The position numbers were made by a program, and so were the translations under genes. Under the pieces are notes generated by a model. That model did not search any database. It had not been told where the DNA came from and was given only the letters and a program-made list of their open reading frames with translations. A stretch of DNA of 10,980 nt from Tubiluchus corallicola (Eukaryota; Animalia; Priapulida). Shown here piece after piece: positions 1-7,430 of this stretch (position 1 is the first letter of the stretch; each line of letters begins with the position of its first letter). Location: positions 7,498 through 18,477 of the forward strand of contig JAQGDQ010001991.1 of assembly GCA_030141605.1 (NCBI GenBank). Direction: 5' to 3'.

Positions 1-328
1 ATTGTATTGTTTAGGAAACAATTTGATAATATATTTTTTGTTATACAGTTGTGTCATAATGAATGCTTTTTTTAGACTTGGAATTAACAGAAACTTGTAG
101 TATCTTGGGGAGGTGCTGCCATCATTTGGCTGTAAAATTTATTTACCTGTCTCTTAAACTGTTTACTGTACAATCTATTTACATACCATTTACTGGGTTT
201 CAACTAAAGTTAATGAGCTGTAACAGGAGTCCTGGCTATTGTATGTTGGTCAGTAGTAGTTCAGGTCTCATAGTCTGCTGGTGAATAGTGTAATTGGTGA
301 ATTTCATAATGTAGTTTGTCAAGACTGC

Positions 329-342
329 AATTTATGTTGAAA
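329..342 (+). other. Putative self-primer / transcript 5' end in the LTR
   Basis: 14/14 complementary to 467..480; lies ~58 nt upstream of AATAAA in an Inr-like context (GC-AATTT). Confidence 0.55.
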
Positions 343-386
343 CCTACCCCCCTCTACACCAGCTTCACTGCTTCATTTTTTTTGAC

Positions 387-392
387 AATAAA
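387..392 (+). promoter_or_regulatory. AATAAA polyadenylation signal, 5' LTR copy
   Basis: AATAAA ~75 nt before the LTR end, followed by a GT/T-rich tract. Confidence 0.55.
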
Positions 393-466
393 GGAATCAA
401 CCTGTATCAAAGTGTTCATCATTTTTATTTGGTTACAACATGCAGGCAGACAAACTGGACAAAACA

Positions 467-480
467 TTTCAACATAAATT
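467..480 (+). other. Non-tRNA primer-binding site, putative self-priming
   Basis: TTTCAACATAAATT directly follows the LTR-terminal CA, has no TGG, and is the exact reverse complement of AATTTATGTTGAAA at 329..342. Confidence 0.7.
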
Positions 481-501
481 CAGCACTTTCAATAGGAATT
501 A

Positions 502-1326
502 ATGATGTCAGCTTCGGAGAAAAAGACGAGGAGAACTGTTGCAAAGTCAGCTTTGACAAGGGTACTGAGAAGGCTTCAAAATTTAATTGAAGAGGAAGAC
601 AGTGTGCAAGAAATTAATCGGCTGGTGGATGCTGTGGAGGCTGCACTCAATCATTTGGAAGCATGCCACATTGAATTCTTTAATGCATGCAAACAAGAAC
701 AGCAGAATGTGGATGAAGACAAGGCTTCTCAATACATGGAGCAAGAATATTCAAGAGCAGACAACGTTTTTGCATCAGTTAAGGACTACAAGCGGAGAAT
801 CAGGCGAGTTGAAGAACTCAAGAAAGAGAAGGATGATGAAGCTAAAGCAACGAAGGAAGAGGAAAAAATCATCAGGTGGCACAAAATAGATTTTGATACA
901 CTGATTCATTTATTGCATGGACATATTGAAAATCAGGAAAAGAGGCTTGAGAGCGGAGATACAGCAATTCAGGTTCTGGAGAGTTGTCGGTTAGAAATTC
1001 AGACATTGTTGGAAAAAGTGAGGTTATCATTCACCAAATATGCTTCCTTGCTTGCTGACTATCAGGAAGAGGATAGAAGATTCAATGACGTAGAGACAAT
1101 TGTTAAAGAGATAAATGACAAAGCAATGAACTATATTGGTTCTCAATCATTGCAAAACAATCATGCATCTGGCATGTCAAACAACACTGGAAATGAGCAA
1201 GCATCTGGTAGAGCAAAATTGGAAGCAATACCAATTCCCGGTTTTCGTGGTGGCTACAGTGAATGGCCGACGTTCATCACAAATTGGAGGAGGATTGTCG
1301 AAAAACATTATTCCAGTGAATTTTGA
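502..1326 (+). CDS. gag: N-terminal part of element A Gag (charged helical region and start of DUF1759-like domain), ending at an in-frame TGA
   Basis: Ends with the BEL Gag motif LEAIPIPGFRGGYSEWPTFITNW; same frame as 1336..6387 (..SSEF*AAILNEKLSGEA..). Confidence 0.85.
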   Translation: MMSASEKKTRRTVAKSALTRVLRRLQNLIEEEDSVQEINRLVDAVEAALNHLEACHIEFFNACKQEQQNVDEDKASQYMEQEYSRADNVFASVKDYKRRIRRVEELKKEKDDEAKATKEEEKIIRWHKIDFDTLIHLLHGHIENQEKRLESGDTAIQVLESCRLEIQTLLEKVRLSFTKYASLLADYQEEDRRFNDVETIVKEINDKAMNYIGSQSLQNNHASGMSNNTGNEQASGRAKLEAIPIPGFRGGYSEWPTFITNWRRIVEKHYSSEF

Positions 1327-4300
1327 GCTGCCATCTTGAATGAGAAACTAAGTGGAGAGGCGGCGGATCTAGTAGCTGCCTGTAATGACAACTACGCTGA
1401 AATGATTAAACGCCTTGAAAGAAAATATGGAGATAGAAAGAAAGACACTGAAAGCATCATGGCAGAAATCAGAGATGTCAAGCCTTTATCTTCTGGCAAC
1501 CATGTTGGTTTCATAAAGTTTGTCGACAGGATAGAAAAAGCCAGTACAAAACTAAAGTCACTAGGTATGTTGCAGGAAATTAGCAATGTGGGGGCACTAG
1601 CTGAAATTGAACGCAGGTTACCGGAAGATATTCGTAATGAATGGGCAAGGCACATCATCAGCAAGAGTGATGAGGAGAGACTGGAACCTTTCAAGCTTCT
1701 TTTACCATTTTTGTTAATGGAAAAGGAGCGCGTAGAGTATTTAACTGCAGGTGTACGAAAGCAGTTTGGCAGTGTCAGTAGCCATTATCAGGACATTCAA
1801 CCCGAAGCCTTTGGGACTGGTGGCGGTGCTAAGTTAAAAAGCTGTTTCAAATGTGGCAAACAAGGACATTTTGCTCGTGAATGTAAAGCAAACGGGAGGA
1901 TGGGTGACAAAAGACCTTACTTCAAGTGCAGCACATGCGAAGTAAATGACCATTTAAACAGGGATTGTGAGAAGTTCAAAAATATGACTGTTAATCAAAG
2001 ACGAGATGTAATAAAGAGGCATGGTGCTTGTTATATCTGCTTTGGAAATCATGTGGCAGTAGTATGCAAGGGCACAGCAAAGTGCAAGAAGTGTCAGAAT
2101 GGAGGTCACCATACAATGCTCTGCTCCAAAGAGATGCAATCTGGGCCTGGTAGTGTTTCAAAATCAAATGTTGAAGTGGTTGATTCAACAACTATTTCAA
2201 ATTGTGTGGATGCTAAGAAGGTTACATCAGCTACAGTGACGGATAGTGCTGGTACTGATTCAACAACATTACTTCATATAATGGAGATTCAAGGACCAAG
2301 ACGGGGCAGTAAAATCAATGCTTTCTTTGATTCAGGAAGTTCTGGAATGTTTATAACACATGACTGTGCAAAGCAGAATAAGTTCCCTGGAAAAAGTGAG
2401 ATAATTGATGTTAAAACTTTGCAGGGACATGTCGAAACTTTGGAAACTCAGGTGTATAACGTCACGATAGTGGATAAAGATAATCAACGTCATACCTTTT
2501 TGGCATACGGCCTGGATTCAATAACTGGAAGCATTTCTCCAGTTGACATGACAGTGGTGAAGCGTATTTTTCCAGGGATTTCAGTTGGGGACCTTAAGCG
2601 TCCGAGTGGCACAGTGGAGCTTTTACTTGGCAATTTTAAAGCTGGATGGCAACCTCAACCAATCAGATCAGATGGCGCTCATCTTTTCATTATGGAAAAT
2701 ATGTTTGGTAGGTGTTTGGGTGGATCTCATCCAGAGCTATTTGACACTACCAGAAAGGCAAATGGATGCTGGAAAGAAGCTATTTTTCATGCAAAGGTCT
2801 CTAATTTCAGTACTGAAGTTTTAAGTCATCCACAGCTCAATCCACAGGAGTGCCTAGTGATAAAGCAGTCGGGTGATTCTATGTCATCATTTTCAGTTGG
2901 TACAGAAGATAACTGTGACACCTTCTTTGCAGCTGAAGCACTCGGAACTCAGATTGTGCCGAAATGTGGGGCATGTCGGTGTGGTAAGTGCCCTATACCC
3001 GGGCATACCTACAGTTTCCGGGAAGAAAGTGAGCTACGCTTGATCCGTGAAGGACTCAGCTACGATCTAGATCGCCAAGTCTGGATTTCAAAGTATCCTT
3101 GGATAGTGGACAGATCACAGTTGCCTGATAACTATCAACAAGCTCTGTCAGCTTTACAGTCGTGTGAGACAAGTTTGGCAATAAATACAGAATGGGGTGC
3201 TGTGTATTCAGGTCAGATACAAGACATGGTCGATCGAGGTGCTGCACGCAAACTTAGTCAAGCCGAGATTGATAACTGGAAAGGGCCAGTTTTCTATTTA
3301 TGCCACTTGGCTGCGCTTAACCCTAAGAGCCAGTCAACACCCGTGCGAATTGTTTTCAACAGCAGTAGAAAAGCCAAGGGTAACATTTCACTTAATTCAT
3401 GTTTGGCTAAAGGACCAGACAATTACCTTAATAATTTGCTTGGCGTGTTTTGCAGGTTTCGAGAGCACTCTTTTGCTATTCAAGGGGACATTCGGAAGAT
3501 GTACAACTCAGTTGAAATGGATGTCAATGATCAGCACTGTCACAGATTTCTTTGGCGGGATTGTGATGAAAATAGGGCACCAGATGTATACATCATTACT
3601 GTTGTAAATATTGGCGACCGTCCGGCGGGAGCGATTGCCACTGAAGCATTGTATATGACTGCTGAAATGTTCCAAAGCTCACATCCTCAGGCAGCAAAGG
3701 TCATAAAAGAGTCAACATATGTTGATGATATTCTAGAGTCTTGTGAAGGAAGAGAAAGGGGCCTCGGACTAGCAAAGGAGGTGGAAGATATTTTGAAAAG
3801 AGGGAATTTTAAAGTGAAGTGTTGGCGTTTTTCTCGTGAAGCAACTACAGAAGAAAATTCTCCGGTTAAAGTGATTGCAAATTCAGAAGAGGAAGGTCGA
3901 GTGTTGGGAGTTGTGTGGGACTCAGTGGTGGACAAATTCAAATTTCATGCAAAGATCAATTTCTCAAGACGGAGGAGGAAAGTACGAACAGGTACAGACA
4001 TATGTCGCGAGGAGTTAGCCAGAGAAATGCCACCAATTTTGACAAGACGGATGGTCATGAGCCAAGTCATGTCACTGTTTGACCCATGTGGCTTTCTTAC
4101 TCCAGTCACCATGAAGAGTAAGATACTGCTAAGGGAAACTTGGGTTAAGAAACTTGGCTGGGATGATGCATTGCCATTGGATCTGCGGGAGAAGTTTTTT
4201 GAATTTTTTCAAGAACTCTATGATGTTCAGAGTTTATCATTCCCAAGATGCTTGCAGCCAAGAGAAACTGTTGGTGATCCGATGCTGATCATACTTTCAG

Positions 4301-6387
4301 ATGCTAGTGAGACAGGATTTGGTGCTGTCGCCTATGCTCATTGGGAATTAACTGATGGAGGTAGTAAGAGTCAGCTTATAATGGCAAAGGGTAAAATTGC
4401 TCCGCTGAAGCACATCACGATTCCAAGACTTGAACTAAATGGTGCGCTAGTGGGCAAACGAATAAGGAAATTCATTGAAAGTGAAATGCGGTACAATTTC
4501 ACAGAGGTTTTGCATCTCATTGACTCGAAAACAGTTTTGGGGATGCTACAAAAAACAAGCAGTAGATTCGATCGCTATGTGGGAGTGCGTGTTGGAGAAA
4601 TACAATCTGCATCTAAACTTTCAGAAGACGGGAAACTTGATGAGTGGATGTGGATCGATGGATCTCATAATATTGCAGACTGGGTGACACGTGGAAAGAA
4701 GCCATCAGATTTAGCAAGTGATGAATGGGTAAATGGACCACATTTTCTGAGTTTACCAAGGAGTGAATGGCCTGTATCACCTGCTTCAGTCAGTGAGGAT
4801 GAACTATCAGATATCGCAGCAGTTGGACTAGTTTCTGTCAAGGAGAACGAGTCAGTATTTGATGTATCTCGGTTTAGCAAAGTTAATAGGCTACTTCGTT
4901 CAGTCGCAAGAGTGTTGCAAATAGTGAAACCGTGTGGTGATGGGAAACGCCATTTTTCCAGTGGTTCAGTAATGGTAACAGCTGAGATGTTGGAGGCAGC
5001 CAGGAGACGTGTCATCAAAGAAGCTCAGGACACAGTTGAGGAAGAGTTAGAGAAATCGGCACCAGATAAAGATGGTAAACCCACTGGTAGATTTACAAGG
5101 TTAGCACCAACGAAGAACAGTGACGGATTTTGGGTGGTTGGCAGTAGAATGCAGTGTTATGTCATTTTCACGTGGGACAACCAGCTACCTATTATTTTGC
5201 CATATGGACATCCATTGACACGACTTTTCATGGACGAAGCTCATTCTCAAGGGCATCTTGGGGTGGCTGCAACTCTGGAAAAGTTTCGCAGGAAGTACTG
5301 GGTTCCTCGTGGAACGCAATTGGCCAAAAGTGTCAAGCACAGATGTACTACTTGTAGACGTGTTGATGTCAGAGCAGCGAAACAGCTAATGGGCCCTCTT
5401 CCAGAAGAAAAGCTTAAGCCAGCTCCACCTTGGACAAATACAGGAGTTGATTTGTTTGGCCCATTTAGGGTAAGAGGAGAGGTCAATAAGAGATCAGCTG
5501 GGAAAGCATATGGAGTTCTGTTCGTGTGTTTAATAACAAAGGCTGTCCACATAGAACTTGCGAACAGTTACTCCACTGGCAGCTTTCTTTCATGTCTCCG
5601 TCGGTTTGGTGCAATCAGAGGCTGGCCAACAAAGATGTTCAGTGATGGTGGGTCGCAGCTGAGAGCAGCAGGCAAAGAATTGTTGGAAATGCATCTTCAG
5701 CTAGCAGGAAAAGATGTGTCCACATTCAGTGCTTCAAATGGATTTGCTTGGGAGTTTAGCCCTGCACATGCTCCATGGTGGCAGGGGACAACAGAGAAGT
5801 TGATTCATACGGCAAAAAGGGCGATTTCACTGGCAGTAGGATGTGCACTCATGAGCTATTCCGAGTTACAAACTGTCCTTTACGAGGTGATGCAGCTAAT
5901 AAACCAGCGACCTCTTCATGTACATATTTCAGAGGAGAAGCATTTCAAGGCTTTGACACCGAATGATATGTTGCTTGGTCGCAGCTCTGTGAACATACCT
6001 CCAGGTCCGTGGAACTACAAGGCATCGTACAGAGATCGCTTTAGAGTAATTCAGGCAATTGTCGACACGTTTTGGCGCAGGTGGAGCAGAGACTGTGCAC
6101 CAGCCATGGTAGTTCGTCAGAAGTGGCATCATAGAGAGCGGAACATTCAAGTAGGAGATGTTGTGTTTGTTGCTGACACCAATACTCTGCGAGGAGAGTA
6201 TCGCTTGGCAATGGTGGATGAGGTGTTTCCTGGATCAGATGGAAATGTTCGTCATTGCATCGTCAAATACAAAAACATCAAACCAGATGAGGATGCTAGG
6301 AACTATGGTGGTGCGACATATACAAGGGTAAGACGGCCAGTTCAGCGGTTGGTTGTTCTTGTTCCTGCAGATGGTTGGGAGATTTAA
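1327..6387 (+). CDS. pol: Rest of element A Gag-Pol: Gag C-terminus, Zn knuckles, aspartic protease, RT, RNase H, integrase
   Basis: Zn knuckles 1843..2124; protease FFDSGS (D 2329); RT YVDD 3718..3729; RNase H SDAS (D 4300), PRLEL, DSKTVL, NIADW; integrase HHCC (H..GH...CTTC) and D5449/D5644/E5794; DUF5641-like C-terminus. Confidence 0.95.
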   Translation, partial: AAILNEKLSGEAADLVAACNDNYAEMIKRLERKYGDRKKDTESIMAEIRDVKPLSSGNHVGFIKFVDRIEKASTKLKSLGMLQEISNVGALAEIERRLPEDIRNEWARHIISKSDEERLEPFKLLLPFLLMEKERVEYLTAGVRKQFGSVSSHYQDIQPEAFGTGGGAKLKSCFKCGKQGHFARECKANGRMGDKRPYFKCSTCEVNDHLNRDCEKFKNMTVNQRRDVIKRHGACYICFGNHVAVVCKGTAKCKKCQNGGHHTMLCSKEMQSGPGSVSKSNVEVVDSTTISNCVDAKKVTSATVTDSAGTDSTTLLHIMEIQGPRRGSKINAFFDSGSSGMFITHDCAKQNKFPGKSEIIDVKTLQGHVETLETQVYNVTIVDKDNQRHTFLAYGLDSITGSISPVDMTVVKRIFPGISVGDLKRPSGTVELLLGNFKAGWQPQPIRSDGAHLFIMENMFGRCLGGSHPELFDTTRKANGCWKEAIFHAKVSNFSTEVLSHPQLNPQECLVIKQSGDSMSSFSVGTEDNCDTFFAAEALGTQIVPKCGACRCGKCPIPGHTYSFREESELRLIREGLSYDLDRQVWISKYPWIVDRSQLPDNYQQALSALQSCETSLAINTEWGAVYSGQIQDMVDRGAARKLSQAEIDNWKGPVFYLCHLAALNPKSQSTPVRIVFNSSRKAKGNISLNSCLAKGPDNYLNNLLGVFCRFREHSFAIQGDIRKMYNSVEMDVNDQHCHRFLWRDCDENRAPDVYIITVVNIGDRPAGAIATEALYMTAEMFQSSHPQAAKVIKESTYVDDILESCEGRERGLGLAKEVEDILKRGNFKVKCWRFSREATTEENSPVKVIANSEEEGRVLGVVWDSVVDKFKFHAKINFSRRRRKVRTGTDICREELAREMPPILTRRMVMSQVMSLFDPCGFLTPVTMKSKILLRETWVKKLGWDDALPLDLREKFFEFFQELYDVQSLSFPRCLQPRETVGDPMLIILSDASETGFGAVAYAHWELTDGGSKSQLIMAKGKIAPLKHITIPRLELNGALVGKRIRKFIESEMRYNFTEVLHLIDSKTVLGMLQKTSSRFDRYVGVRVGEIQSASKLSEDGKLDEWMWIDGSHNIADWVTRGKKPSDLASDEWVNGPHFLSLPRSEWPVSPASVSEDELSDIAAVGLVSVKENESVFDVSRFSKVNRLLRSVARVLQIVKPCGDGKRHFSSGSVMVTAEMLEAARRRVIKEAQDTVEEELEKSAPDKDGKPTGRFTRLAPTKNSDGFWVVGSRMQCYVIFTWDNQLPIILPYGHPLTRLFMDEAHSQGHLGVAATLEKFRRKYWVPRGTQLAKSVKHRCTTCRRVDVRAAKQLMGPLPEEKLKPAPPWTNTGVDLFGPFRVRGEVNKRSAGKAYGVLFVCLITKAVHIELANSYSTGSFLSCLRRFGAIRGWPTKMFSDGGSQLRAAGKELLEMHLQLAGKDVSTFSASNGFAWEFSPAHAPWWQGTTEKLIHTAKRAISLAVGCALMSYSELQTVLYEVMQLINQRPLHVHISEEKHFKALTPNDMLLGRSSVNIPPGPWNYKASYRDRFRVIQAIVDTFWRRWSRDCAPAMVVRQKWHHRERNIQVGDVVFVADTNTLRGEYRLAMVDEVFPGSDGNVRHCIVKYKNIKPDEDARNYGGATYTRVRRPVQRLVVLVPADGWEI

Positions 6388-6414
6388 AGGAGCACCGCGT
6401 TTTTTTTTCATCTT

Positions 6415-6419
6415 GGGGG
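6415..6419 (+). other. Minimal polypurine tract (GGGGG)
   Basis: G run directly abutting the TG of the 3' LTR, preceded by a T9 tract at 6400..6408. Confidence 0.55.
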
Positions 6420-6882
6420 TGTATTGTTTAGGAAACAATTTGATAATATATTTTTTGTTATACAGTTGTGTCATAATGAATGCTTTTTTTAGACTTGGAA
6501 TTAACAGAAACTTGTAGTATCTTGGGGAGGTGCTGCCATCCTTTGGCTGTAAAATTAATTTACCTGTCTCTTAAACTGTTTACTGTACAATCTATTTACA
6601 TACCATTTACTGGGTTTCAACTAAAGTTAATGAGCTGTAACAGGAGTCCTGGCTATTGTATGTTGGTCAGTAGTAGTTCAGGTCTCATAGTCTGCTGGTG
6701 AATAGTGTAATTGGTGAGTTTCATAATGTAGTTTGTCAAGACTGCAATTTATGTTGAAACCTACCCCCCTCTACACCAGCTTCACTGCTTCATTTTTTTT
6801 ACAATAAAGGAATCAACCTGTATCAAAGTGTTCATCATTTTTATTTGGTTACAACATGCAGGCAGACAAACTGGACAAAACA
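6420..6882 (+). repeat. 3' LTR of element A (463 bp)
   Basis: Copy of 3..466. Differences by eye: A124/C6541, T140/A6557, A301/G6718, and G384 missing (~99% identity). Confidence 0.95.
6803..6808 (+). terminator. AATAAA polyadenylation signal, 3' LTR (probable functional copy)
   Basis: Same motif in the 3' LTR, with downstream GTGTT and TTTTTATTTGGTT. Confidence 0.6.
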
Positions 6883-6887
6883 TTCAT
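6883..6887. repeat. Probable 5-bp target-site duplication TTCAT (right copy)
   Basis: TTCAT follows the 3' LTR; window positions 1-2 (AT) match its last two bases. The rest of the left copy is outside the window. Confidence 0.6.
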
Positions 6888-7430
6888 AGCTATAGTGTAT
6901 CGGTTGTGCAATTCTGGGTTCCTCTGCAGCCGTTTACGTAGACTTTCCAATCTAGATGAAGCCATTTGTAGCGTATCTGGTAAAACATCGTTCTCAGATT
7001 TAAATGGGATGTCCAACTGGTAATGCCCATGTGTTTTTGTGACTGAAGCCTCCCATATATCGAGAGCACGCATATCGTCTCTAGAGAATTGTCTGTCAGA
7101 CTCGCTAGTTTCAATTTTCCAGAATTGTTCTATTTGCTGCTGCAAGGAATTGGTTTCTCCATATGACAATGCATTGGCTTGGGTTAAATTACTACAAATG
7201 CGCCCTAAATTAGGAACGCCGCCTCCTATGGGTCCATTAAGGGTCCAGCCTAGCTTTGTCTTCACAGCATATGGCGTTAGTCTAGGACCTGTTCGTACCT
7301 CAAGAGGAATCAGCGCATCAGGAACATCCTGGCCGATCAAAAGTCCCAGTTCAGTTAGGTCTTCTGTATCTGTGAACGATAGGGGAAGTCCTTGCAAATG
7401 CGGCCATTGTTCTACATCCTTGCTAAAGGC
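6883..7430 (-). pseudogene. pol: In-frame continuation of element B pol (protease C-terminal part to pre-RT region), truncated by the insertion of A
   Basis: After TAG 7433..7431 the same frame reads AFSKDVEQWPHLQGLP...RYTIAM and then runs into the antisense LTR of A. Confidence 0.88.

Larger units (their letters stand above)
3..466 (+). repeat. 5' LTR of element A (464 bp)
   Basis: Starts TGTATTG, ends AAAACA; direct repeat of 6420..6882. Confidence 0.95.
3..6882 (+). mobile_element. Element A: full-length BEL/Pao LTR retrotransposon
   Basis: Two near-identical TG...CA LTRs enclose a gag-pol with order Gag/Zn knuckles-PR-RT-RH-IN. BEL/Pao signatures: TPVRIVFNSS, DIRKMY, YVDD, DAS..GFGAVAY, TIPRLELNGA, GVDLFGP, FWRRW..KW. 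Confidence 0.96.

Noticed and set aside
63-284. 73-aa ORF duplicated at 6480..6701
   Set aside because: Lies inside the LTR, so the duplication is explained; no recognisable motif.
1136-1339. Possible programmed frameshift between ORFs 502 and 1336
   Set aside because: The two ORFs are in the same frame, so a stop codon explains the break.
587-6150. Many 60-136 aa alternative-frame and antisense ORFs within A
   Set aside because: Expected by-products of a long coding frame; no domains recognised.
6849-6882. C-terminus VLSSLSACML of the 182-aa ORF
   Set aside because: Artefact of reading into the antisense LTR of A.
6886-6893. Palindrome ATAGCTAT at the insertion site, similar to one at ~10955
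   Set aside because: Too short in AT-rich DNA to support a target-preference claim.
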